Positions 19,001 through 28,550 of a stretch of 62,261 nucleotides of DNA are shown piece by piece. Location: the NCBI GenBank assembly GCA_035632955.1, contig DASQFU010000032.1:1-62261 (forward strand), read 5' to 3'. The notes below the pieces were generated by a model. That model searched no databases and was not told the DNA's origin. It saw only the letters and a list, made by a program, of their open reading frames with translations. Numbering within the stretch: the first letter of the stretch is position 1; each line of letters starts with the position of its first letter. The stretch is from Candidatus Limnocylindria bacterium (GTDB taxonomy: Bacteria; Eisenbacteria; RBG-16-71-46). The position numbers and the translations under genes are program-made.

Positions 19001-21219
19001 ATCGCCCGACGGCGTTGCGTGCACTGGCTCAGGCTTACCGGTACACCGGCTGGCCGGCGAAGGCGGAACGCGGCGCCCGGCGCGCGTTGAGCCTGGCGAT
19101 CGAGATCCCTTCCGATGCCGACACGGAATGGTCGCGGATCGAGCTGATGCGTTGCTGGATGGCACTCGAGCGCTGGGAGGAAGTCAACGAGCTCGCGGAG
19201 CCGGCGCTCGACCCCCCACCGCGCATCGGCTCGATCGGTCTGATCGTGCTCGCATCGCTGGCCGGGCGCGCCGCGCTGCGAAACGGACATCTCGCGCTCG
19301 CCGAGGAGCGGCTCGCGCTGTGCAACCGCTGGCTCTCCGGGCGCGCTGCTCCCTTCGCCGCGGCCCAGACGGAAATGCTGCGAGCCGAGCTAGCCATGGC
19401 TCGCGGGAGCGCCGTGGACGGCATTCAGCACGCCGAGCAGGCATTAAAGACGCTGGCCTCTCTGCCGGCGCCGGCGGAGCGAGCCGCGGCTGCGGTCGAG
19501 TTCGTTCGCGTCGCGCTCGGGCGGCCGATCGACTCCGAACTGCCGTTCGGCGATTGGCTCGATCAGGCGGCGTCGACCTTCGAGCGACTTGGCGATCGCC
19601 GGGGGCACGCGGAGGCGCTGCGGTTGCAGGTCCAGTGGCTACGGCGGACCACGTCGGGCGCGCGCCGCACGGTACGCGATCGGGACCTGATCGAAGCCGT
19701 GAGCCGGCTGCTGAACTCGATGTCGGATCTCCGCAAGCTCACGCAGCGTGCGATGGAACTCGCCGGCGAGCAGCTCAACGCCGAACGCGGCGTGTTGTTG
19801 CTAGCTGATCCCGAGACCGGAAACCTGGAGCCGATGGCGGACTACGGCGCCGTGGACGCGACGACTCGCCACGACGCCGTGGGCTACAGCCGCCGGGTCG
19901 TCCAGCGCGTGGCCGAGAGCGGCGACAGCCTGCTGATCGGCGACGCGCCCAGCGACCCGAAGGCGCTCTCCGAGAGCGTGCTCGGCCTCGGGTTGCGCTC
20001 CATCGTGTGCGTGCCGATGTTCGTGAACGGACGCGTGGTCGGCGCCGTGTACCTGGACGACTCGCGTCGCTCGGCGACTTTCAGCGATGAGGATCGTGCT
20101 CTGCTCGAGGGGTTTGCGCAGCTCATGGCGCTCGCGATCGAGAAGAGCCGGGGCCATATCGAGGTGATGCGGGCCAACGAGGAGCTGGTCGGCGAGAACC
20201 TGGCGTTGCGTCAGGAAGCGACGGCGCGCTTCCAGCCGCGCGCGGTGATCGGCCCCAGCCTGGCGATGCAGCGCGTGATGGCAGTCGTCGAGCGAGCCGC
20301 GAACTCCTACGCCACGGTGTTGATCACCGGCGAGAACGGCACCGGCAAGGAGCTGATCGCCCGCATCCTCCACTATCACGGCAAGCGCGCCGCGATGCCG
20401 TTCGTGTCCGTGAACTGCGGGGCGATTCCCGAACAGCTCCTGGAGAGCGAGCTGTTCGGCATCCTCTCGTACGTGGCGACCGGCGTGCACGCGCGGGAGG
20501 GTCGCTTCGTCCAGGCGAACGGCGGCACGCTGTTCCTGGACGAGATCGGAGAGATGCCACTCCGCCAGCAAGTCGCGTTGCTGGCGGTGCTCGCGAACCG
20601 GGAGGTCCAACCGGTCGGCGGCGGGCCACCGATTCCCGTGGACGTCCGGATCATCGCCGCCACCAACCAGGATCTGCGCCTTCAAGTCGAGCAGGGGGCG
20701 TTCCGCCGCGATCTCTACTACCGTCTCAACGTCGTCCCGATCGAAGTGCCGCCGTTGCGCGAGCGTAAGGCGGACATCCCGACACTTGCCCGGCACTTCC
20801 TGGCCGAGTTCGCGCGCCAGCAGGAGCGCGAAGTGCCCGGGCTTTCGCCCAACTTCCTCGCCGTCCTGATGCAGAGCGATTGGTCGGGCAACGTGCGCGA
20901 GCTCCAGAACTACGTCGAGCGCGTGCTGGCGATGACCCCGGGCGATCTCCTCGAGCCCATTCCGCTTCCGCGCGATCTCGAGGACCGCGCCGGCTCGTTT
21001 CGCGTCAGGAGCGGACATACTTTGGGCGAGATGGTGGAAGCGCTCGAGCGCCGCATCATACTGGAGACGCTGGAGCGAGCCGGCGGCAACCAAAGCCTGG
21101 CGGCGCGCGAGCTTGGGATGACGGAACAGTCGATGCGCTACCGTATCCGCAAGTACGACCTCGGCTACCCTCGCCAGAATCAGCGATTTCGTTTAAACAG
21201 GCGAAACCGGCCCAACTAA
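16078..21219 (+). CDS. Hybrid Ser/Thr kinase - STAND/AAA ATPase - TPR - GAF - sigma54-type AAA+ - Fis HTH regulator (1713 aa)
   Basis: Kinase LGQGGMGEV, ALK, HGDLKPSN, DFG, GTPGYAAPE; GRERELARL, GPAGAGKT, VLLDDAE; helical repeats; GAF (SIVCVPM...VGAVYLD); GENGTGKE, LFLDEI, IIAATN, FRRDLYYRL, GNVRELQN; GNQSLAARELG; GTGA overlap with the DUF885 stop. Confidence 0.93.
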   Translation: MKAVTERFAGRYALLRRLGQGGMGEVFLARDLSTRRECALKRLTAPTAAPEILRREFAVLARLQHPAVVAVHELDFAPDGSPFYTMEYVPGLPADRALEPGDWPGFAFAATEVAHGLEVLHGLGVVHGDLKPSNVLIVKPANAGPLPSAVRLLDFGLAALLGQPAHGHRGTPGYAAPEVVRGEPPSPAADLYGFGALLYAMITGRPPFQGESAQALLRSQQAGPPPALPLAERGASPGLVQLVLRLMAPDPRERPRDAGEVRRELEGLYPAARRPLADRLQAASIVGRERELARLEHWLAMHATRSRVAVVSGPAGAGKTVLLAEMAARAALSGRSVAHLSCSSFAEPGAVALAIARRWAGVAQAEADEAPANLAPDLRSLLARRSATLDESHLDRLVEAVVALGRAATRPDRMPVVLLDDAERLDPLSRAFVIRLALHPKAAPAVWIWARRSGEGIDADEGERVLLEAGAAHRLALGPLEEPEVERLVAARLHQTPPAALLAFLWKRAAGHPGLTVALLQTAAAAGAVRESDAGLIVDAATLETLELPASFEAALLARLKALPEPSRAVAAALAIWGHGLEPRAALELASAGRAELLPPATLETLVSSGLAARDAEGRVGLAPPALAERLVEGLPFEIRRALHRAALAVPGLSETSRFHHLSGAGDVAAALDAAERALAEHPDPGFAAQAAALAESEAPQRAAAWRERHARLLSAAGRYADAIPSFERALALEPRGETRHTLRVALSTACLRAGDAVRLAQVTAEALADDPPPALRSRILSNEAAGHLALGALDRSQAIAREALDLAETAADPEAIGVASVTLGAVLGRLGQLNAAATLARRSYQAHEQCGQTTGSIRALVLRGWVAHARQDLADADGAYREALTLARENGLRLALEEVLVNRAVLLGEIGRWKEVREIQAEAARLALEDGRPGGAAVALANLALLEGLTGGSRSALRRARGALRLARKYLPNNRPTALRALAQAYRYTGWPAKAERGARRALSLAIEIPSDADTEWSRIELMRCWMALERWEEVNELAEPALDPPPRIGSIGLIVLASLAGRAALRNGHLALAEERLALCNRWLSGRAAPFAAAQTEMLRAELAMARGSAVDGIQHAEQALKTLASLPAPAERAAAAVEFVRVALGRPIDSELPFGDWLDQAASTFERLGDRRGHAEALRLQVQWLRRTTSGARRTVRDRDLIEAVSRLLNSMSDLRKLTQRAMELAGEQLNAERGVLLLADPETGNLEPMADYGAVDATTRHDAVGYSRRVVQRVAESGDSLLIGDAPSDPKALSESVLGLGLRSIVCVPMFVNGRVVGAVYLDDSRRSATFSDEDRALLEGFAQLMALAIEKSRGHIEVMRANEELVGENLALRQEATARFQPRAVIGPSLAMQRVMAVVERAANSYATVLITGENGTGKELIARILHYHGKRAAMPFVSVNCGAIPEQLLESELFGILSYVATGVHAREGRFVQANGGTLFLDEIGEMPLRQQVALLAVLANREVQPVGGGPPIPVDVRIIAATNQDLRLQVEQGAFRRDLYYRLNVVPIEVPPLRERKADIPTLARHFLAEFARQQEREVPGLSPNFLAVLMQSDWSGNVRELQNYVERVLAMTPGDLLEPIPLPRDLEDRAGSFRVRSGHTLGEMVEALERRIILETLERAGGNQSLAARELGMTEQSMRYRIRKYDLGYPRQNQRFRLNRRNRPN

Positions 21220-21372
21220 CTCTCACGCAATCGAATAAACCTCGTCCACCACCCGCAGATCGCCGAAGTCGGCGATGGTGGGATCGTTGGGTGGCGAACG
21301 ATCGCTCGATCTTGATCTGATAAACCTCAACGTTGCAATCGAATAGAGGCATCTCGCGGGACCGGACGGACA

Positions 21373-21388
21373 TGGCACGGTCCTGGCC
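21373..21388 (+). promoter_or_regulatory. Candidate sigma54 (-24/-12) promoter of the downstream three-gene operon
   Basis: TGGCACG-GTCC-TGGC; GG at 21374-21375 and GC at 21386-21387, 48 nt before the ATG at 21436. Confidence 0.6.
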
Positions 21389-21435
21389 TTCATGAGTTTT
21401 CCTAACTCGCCGGGAAACCACTCATGGAGGTCGTC

Positions 21436-21729
21436 ATGCGATCTAACCGCAGGACTCTTTTCGTCGCGTTTCTGATCAGCGCCGCGCTCGTCTTTGGCTC
21501 GCAGTCCGCATTCGCTCAGTTCACCGGAAATCCGCCTTCCGGCGGCAGCTCGATGAGGCCGACAGGCGGCGAGCCCAGCGCGCCGGCACCCGCCATCGGC
21601 TCGCGGACTCCGGTCTTCGGGCACGGAATCGCGCGGCCCTTCGTCTCGAGCTCGTGGGTTTCCCGTACCGGGCTCGCGCTTCGAAGCACGTCGTTCCGCG
21701 TCTGGCAGAGTGTTCTGCTGCCGTTCTGA
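21436..21729 (+). CDS. Small secreted protein (97 aa), unknown function
   Basis: RBS GGAGG at 21426-21430; signal peptide ending ..SAFA|Q; Gly/Ser/Pro-rich middle; amphipathic C-terminus. Confidence 0.75.
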   Translation: MRSNRRTLFVAFLISAALVFGSQSAFAQFTGNPPSGGSSMRPTGGEPSAPAPAIGSRTPVFGHGIARPFVSSSWVSRTGLALRSTSFRVWQSVLLPF

Positions 21730-22280
21730 TGACAATGATGGCGTCGCGTCAGCCCCAGCGAGTGGCCAGGGGGGCTCTGCATTCGCCCCCCGAGCAGCTC
21801 GTTCTGCGCCATCGCCACAGCCTGACGAACGTGCTGCTGCTCGGCGGTTCGGCGAGCGAGCGTCTCCGTTTGGCGCGCGCCTTCCACCGCGAGAGTCCGC
21901 TCCGACTCGGCTCGTTCGTGCCGGTCGACTGTGCCCGGCAGGAGGCCGCACTGCGCGCGGCGCTGAGCGGCTGGGTCTCTGCGGCGGGGCCGGGACCGAC
22001 GGCACATGGTCTGCAGAGCGCCGAGCACGGCACGTTGTTCCTCGACGACGTCGATCGACTCGGCGTCGATTCTCAGCGTTTGCTGATGACGCTCGCCACC
22101 AGCTCGCTCGGCGACCGCTGGTTCGCGGAGTCGACGCCGCGCGTGGGCCGTTTGGTCTGCGGCAACGCCGCTGATCTCGCCACCGTCGCGGCCGAGGGCC
22201 GGTTTCTGCCGGCGCTGTTCGACGCCCTGGACAAGATTCGTGTCGAGCTGGATGTCGTTTCACGCGGAGGGGCGGCCTGA
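21729..22280 (+). CDS. Stand-alone degenerate sigma54-activator AAA+ domain (pseudo-ATPase)
   Basis: TGATG coupling; NVLLLG...ARAFHRES...FVPVDC...AEHGTLFLDDV...SQRLL...GRF aligns with the NtrC AAA+ core, but Walker A Lys, GAFTGA and Arg fingers are absent. Confidence 0.78.
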   Translation: MTMMASRQPQRVARGALHSPPEQLVLRHRHSLTNVLLLGGSASERLRLARAFHRESPLRLGSFVPVDCARQEAALRAALSGWVSAAGPGPTAHGLQSAEHGTLFLDDVDRLGVDSQRLLMTLATSSLGDRWFAESTPRVGRLVCGNAADLATVAAEGRFLPALFDALDKIRVELDVVSRGGAA

Positions 22281-22657
22281 TGCTGCGCGGCTCCCCCGCG
22301 ATCGTGTTGTTGAGCGCCCGACCGGAAGCGCACGCAATCCTCGTCGATTCGCTGTGCGAAAGAGGCGTGACCGTCCGTGTCGCACGCCCTCCGGTCCGGG
22401 CGCTCTCTTGGCTGCGGGCAGAGCCCGAGCTGGTGCTGATCGATCTCGTGCACGGCGCGGGATTGAGTCCACAACTGGTCACGGCTCTGAACTCCAGACG
22501 CGGGCGCACTCGCGTGCTGGCGCTTCACTGTGGTGGGTTCGGGAATGATTCGTCGATGGCCGGCCTGACCGTCGACGGATTCTGCCGCGCCGATGCGACT
22601 GATTTCATCGCCGGCGCCCTGTCGACCTGCCGGCGGGTTCCCGCGACCACCCATTGA
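22280..22657 (+). CDS. Atypical single-domain response regulator receiver
   Basis: TGATG coupling; (beta/alpha)5 pattern with PELVLIDL; no acidic pocket and no conserved KP. Confidence 0.65.
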   Translation: MLRGSPAIVLLSARPEAHAILVDSLCERGVTVRVARPPVRALSWLRAEPELVLIDLVHGAGLSPQLVTALNSRRGRTRVLALHCGGFGNDSSMAGLTVDGFCRADATDFIAGALSTCRRVPATTH

Positions 22658-22891
22658 GCTCGGCACGTCACGTGCCTGCTCCTAGGCGCGGTACGTGTTT
22701 TGACCCCAATGTGACCCCGTGTCGTGCAAGACGCCCGTCCCGGGGATTGCAAACGGACAACGTGGACATCCAGCACGACCCGCGTTGACCCGCACGCATC
22801 GTAAGCCCTAAATTGGTTCGATCGATTGCCGACCATGGATGGCTCGGCACTCCCACCCGCCCCCTCGGCGCATACGATCAGGAGGTTGTTC

Positions 22892-23818
22892 ATGTCGCTC
22901 CGCGCCCAGCGACTTTGGGGTGCTTTGCTCCTCATCGTCTTGACTGCGTTGCCGACCACGACGGTCACCCGCATCGCCGAAGCGCAATCCTCGTCCGGTC
23001 CGTCGGTTCAGAAGCGGACGATCACCCGATCGACCGCGAAGCGAAAGGTGCGGCGGCGTGTCCGCCGGGCCCCGCCGGGCGGCGTGTGGGCCCGGAACGC
23101 GATCGTCATGGATCCGGCGACCGGCGAGATCCTCTACGAGAAGAACTCGAGCAGCGCCGTGCCGATCGCGAGCCTGACGAAGCTCATGACGTCCTTGGTG
23201 TTCCTGGAGCAGTCCCCTGACCTCGAGCGCGAAGTCGAAGTCACGCAAATCGAGCTCAGCGGAGCCGGACGGACGAAGCTCCGTAGCGGCGAGCGCGTGA
23301 GGCTCGACGATCTCCTGCACATGAGCCTGATGGTCTCCGACAACGCGGCGACCCGGGTGCTGGTGCGTGAGTCGGGACTCGGCACCGAAGACTTCCTGGC
23401 ACGGATGAACAGCAAGACCGTCGAGATCGGGCTCGCCCGCACTCGGTTCGTCGAGTTCACGGGTCTCGACGAACGCAACGTATCGACCGCCGCCGACTGC
23501 GCGCGGCTCCTGCGCGCCGCTGCGGAACATCCCGTCGTGCAGAAGATCAGCACGACTCGGACGCACGAGTTCCGCTCCGCGACGCGGCAGCACCTGTTCG
23601 GCAACACCAATCGGCTGGTGTACGGCCGCTACGAAGTCCTCGGCGGCAAGACCGGATTCATCAACGAGGCCGGCTACTGCCTCGCCACCTGGGTCCGGAC
23701 TCAGGGACGCGACATGATCGCCGTCGTCCTCGGCGCTCCCACCGCGGCGACCCGTTTTGCGGACGTCACCCGCCTCGTCCAGCGCACCACGACGCCCGCC
23801 GTTACCGCGACCCACTAA
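22892..23818 (+). CDS. D-alanyl-D-alanine peptidase, S11 family (PBP7/PbpG-like)
   Basis: RBS AGGAGG; signal peptide; ASLTK (SxxK), SDN, GKTGF. Confidence 0.93.
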   Translation: MSLRAQRLWGALLLIVLTALPTTTVTRIAEAQSSSGPSVQKRTITRSTAKRKVRRRVRRAPPGGVWARNAIVMDPATGEILYEKNSSSAVPIASLTKLMTSLVFLEQSPDLEREVEVTQIELSGAGRTKLRSGERVRLDDLLHMSLMVSDNAATRVLVRESGLGTEDFLARMNSKTVEIGLARTRFVEFTGLDERNVSTAADCARLLRAAAEHPVVQKISTTRTHEFRSATRQHLFGNTNRLVYGRYEVLGGKTGFINEAGYCLATWVRTQGRDMIAVVLGAPTAATRFADVTRLVQRTTTPAVTATH

Positions 23819-23825
23819 TCGCTCG

Positions 23826-24626
23826 ATGATCGCCCGCGATCGCCTGCGCGGCCTCCTGACCGGGGTCGTCGCAGGAGTCGCGGGCGGTTTGTTCGGTGTC
23901 GGCGGTGGTCTCGTGCTGATCCCCCTGCTCACGAGCTTCTTCGGATTCACGCAACACCAGGCGCACGGAACCTCGCTCGCCGTGATGGGCGCCACGGCGC
24001 TGGCCGCGACCGCCGTCTACGGCGCGTTTGCGCACGTCGCCTGGCTGACCGCCGCAGCGGTGGCGCTCGCGAGCGTGTGGACCGCCCGCTATGGCGCGCG
24101 CTTCGCGACCCGGACGTCCCCCGTCGGGCTCAGGCGGGCGTTCGCGGTGTTCATTGCGGCCGTCGCGCTCCGGTTGCTGTGGCTACCGCCGGCGGTCGCC
24201 GACGCGCCGCTGTTCCACGGAGCCACCCGGTTGGGCTTCGATCTCCTGCTCGGATGCGCGGTCGGGCTCGTCTCCGGCTACATGGGAGTCGGCGGCGGCA
24301 TCCTCGCCGTTCCCGCGTTCACGCTCGGTCTGGGTATGACGCAGCAGGCGGCGCAGGGGACATCCCTCGCGATCATCATCGTGACCGGGCCTGCGGGAGC
24401 GTTCGAGCATTCCCGTCACGGGAACGTGGTCTGGGCCTTGGTGCCGATGCTGGCTCTGGGTGGCTTTGCCGGGGCGCCACTCGCCTCCTGGCTCGCGCAA
24501 CTAGTTCCCCATGAGTCGTTGGTGCGCGCGTTTGCCCTATTCCTGCTCGCCAACGCGGTCGCGACCTGGGTGCAGGGGGGGCGGAAGGACCCAAGCCCGG
24601 GACCCCTGCCCGTCAAGGGCGGCTGA
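23826..24626 (+). CDS. TauE/SafE (DUF81) family permease
   Basis: Twice-repeated GLFGVGGG..P / AHGTSL and GVGGG..VP / AQGTSL halves; hydrophobic throughout. Confidence 0.92.
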   Translation: MIARDRLRGLLTGVVAGVAGGLFGVGGGLVLIPLLTSFFGFTQHQAHGTSLAVMGATALAATAVYGAFAHVAWLTAAAVALASVWTARYGARFATRTSPVGLRRAFAVFIAAVALRLLWLPPAVADAPLFHGATRLGFDLLLGCAVGLVSGYMGVGGGILAVPAFTLGLGMTQQAAQGTSLAIIIVTGPAGAFEHSRHGNVVWALVPMLALGGFAGAPLASWLAQLVPHESLVRAFALFLLANAVATWVQGGRKDPSPGPLPVKGG

Positions 24627-24907
24627 CACCCATCGACCGGCGAAGAGAGGCTCCGGATTGGCCGGAACAGGCCCAGAGTCCCTGCTTGAAGCGGTCTATG
24701 GCCGTCGGCTAGACTTATCGTGGCTCGAATACCAAACGTATGCTGAATGGTGTTCCGCCGGAGCCTTTGGGCGCGGTGGATCGGGCCGAAACGCATCGAG
24801 GCCGCGAGACGGCCGCCACCTCCACGCCTGGCATCGGTTTCGGGTCGAGCGGTATCTCCGCGAGCCCCGCTATGCATCACGGTCCATCACCCTGCAAGGA
24901 GCCCCTG

Positions 24908-25603
24908 ATGAAGAGATCAGCTATCACGCTGCTCGTTCTGCTCGCGACGTGCGCTCTCGCGAGCTCCGCGTTCGCCGCCAATGTCGTCCGCATCAGCCAG
25001 GTGTACGGCGGCGGTGGCAACAGCGGCGCGCAGTTCTCCAACGATTATGTCGAGCTCCACAACTCTGGCGGCGTTCCGGTCGATATCAGCGGCTGGTCGC
25101 TCCAGTACGGCTCCGCCACGGGTACGGTCGACCTGGGCGCATGCACGAACTGTCTCACGGTGTTGCCGGCCGGCTCCGTCATTCCTGCCTGCGGCTACTT
25201 CCTGATCCAGCTCGCCGCCGGCGCGACGCCGAGCGGTGCACTGCCGACGCCCGACTACGCCGCTCCGCAAGCGACCGCCAACAACCTCGGCGCCACGGCC
25301 GGGAAGATCGGTCTCAAGAACAACGGCACCACGACGCCGTGCTCGCCGCAGACCGCGTTCGTCGACCTCGTCGGCTGGGGTGCAACGGCCAACTGTTTCG
25401 AGACCGCGGTTGCCCCCGCGCCCAGCAACAGCACGATGCTGGTCCGGGCTGGAGCCGGTTCGACGGATGTTGACAACAACAGCACGGATTTCACGGCCGT
25501 CGCCGCGACGCCGCGTAACTCGCAGAGCGCCGCGAATCCGAACTGCCAGGTGACCCCGACCCTTCGCGAGACGTGGGGCAAGGTCAAGTTCCTGTACCGC
25601 TAG
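24908..25603 (+). CDS. Secreted lamin-tail-domain protein with C-terminal [10 protein letters not shown] motif
   Basis: Signal peptide ..SSAFA; [40 protein letters not shown]. Confidence 0.88.
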   Translation: MKRSAITLLVLLATCALASSAFAANVVRISQVYGGGGNSGAQFSNDYVELHNSGGVPVDISGWSLQYGSATGTVDLGACTNCLTVLPAGSVIPACGYFLIQLAAGATPSGALPTPDYAAPQATANNLGATAGKIGLKNNGTTTPCSPQTAFVDLVGWGATANCFETAVAPAPSNSTMLVRAGAGSTDVDNNSTDFTAVAATPRNSQSAANPNCQVTPTLRETWGKVKFLYR

Positions 25604-25622
25604 TCGCAGTTCCGCTGAACGA

Positions 25623-25657
25623 GAAGCCCCGCTCCAACGAGCGGGGCTTCTTCTCTT
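25623..25657 (+). terminator. Intrinsic terminator
   Basis: 12-bp stem GAAGCCCCGCTC/GAGCGGGGCTTC, loop CAAC, followed by TTCTCTT. Confidence 0.85.
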
Positions 25658-25699
25658 GGGTCGCGCTCTCGCCGTCAAGGGCGACCAGCCGGCGGGCGT

Positions 25700-25933
25700 T
25701 TACGACTCGAAGTGATTCGGCTCGCCGCGACGGTACCGGGAGAGCTGAAGCGAAAAGCGCCGGACCTCCTCCGACTCGCCGGACGCATTCGCCAATGCGA
25801 TCGCTCGTTCGCACGCCGCGATCGCTTCCGGGAAGCGTCCCTGTTCCGCGTACGCCCCGGCGAGCGTGGAGAAGATCGCCGCCACCGGCTGCGGGCTGTG
25901 GTCTCTCGCGCGCTCGGCGAGCCGCACGGCCTC
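25700..25933 (-). pseudogene. 3-prime remnant of a TPR-repeat protein gene
   Basis: EAVRLAERA...[30 protein letters not shown]...LSRYRRG is a typical terminal TPR pair; no RBS or N-terminus. Confidence 0.7.
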
Positions 25934-26241
25934 TGGGGTCCAAACTGTCGGAGTTTCACACCGGATATCGCGCCTTCTCGCGTGAGCTGCTCGAATCGCT
26001 TCCGTTGGATCGCAACTCGGACGACTTCGTCTTCGACAATCAGATCCTAGCCGAGATCCTGTGGCGCGGAGCGCCGATCGCCGAGATCTCGTGCCCGACG
26101 AACTACTTCCACGAGGCTTCGTCGATCGGATTCACGCGCGCCGTGGCGTACGGGTTCGGGTGTCTTCAGACGGGAGTCGCTTACCGCCTCGCGAAACTCG
26201 GGGTGATTTCCTCCCCGCTATTCCCGCCCCGATCCCCCTGA
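25933..26241 (+). pseudogene. 3-prime remnant of a GT2 (polyprenol-phosphate glycosyltransferase-like) gene
   Basis: [20 protein letters not shown]...[12 protein letters not shown]...[13 protein letters not shown] is the C-terminal third of a GT2; the DxD half is missing. Confidence 0.78.
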
Positions 26242-26552
26242 AATTCGCTCTCGACTTCGAGCCACACGCCCGTGGTCCCGCTCCTCGACCGCGTCGGCTT
26301 CGGGCTCCGGACGTAAGGCGTTCCGACGCTTTCGTGTCCCGTCAGGTATGCGTCCTGCACGGGCGGGCCGCCTTTTCGGGGTGCCGGGTGAGCCGGCCCA
26401 TCGCGAGGGTGGCCGGCAACGCCCAATCACCCTAGGCCGAACCGAGCACCCCGTTCGGAACCCTTGAGTTCGGAGGCTGCCTGTTTCTCAACGGACAACT
26501 TGCCAACAACTTAGGCCTGGCTGAATCGGCCTGTGCATTTTTCCCACGCTCC

Positions 26553-26568
26553 CGGCGAATGATTTGCT
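26553..26568 (+). promoter_or_regulatory. Weaker candidate sigma54 promoter upstream of the Lon-like gene
   Basis: CGGCGAA-TGAT-TTGCT, GG-N10-GC spacing, in an AT-richer intergenic stretch 84 nt before the ATG. Confidence 0.4.
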
Positions 26569-26651
26569 AATCGCAAGGGTGGCGGACTTCCCACCCAGAA
26601 CCCGGGAGGCCGACTGGGCAGCTCCCTGCGACCCGTCCCAGAGGTCCCAAC

Positions 26652-28502
<1,851 letters not shown>

Positions 28503-28550
28503 CCGACCGCCTGTCCCCCCGCGCGGGGGTGTGCTTAATTCGCGCACCTC

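Noticed and set aside
26181-26430. Short minus-strand ORFs in the intergenic region before the Lon-like gene
   Set aside because: No recognisable motif, weak RBS, and they overlap the GT2 remnant.
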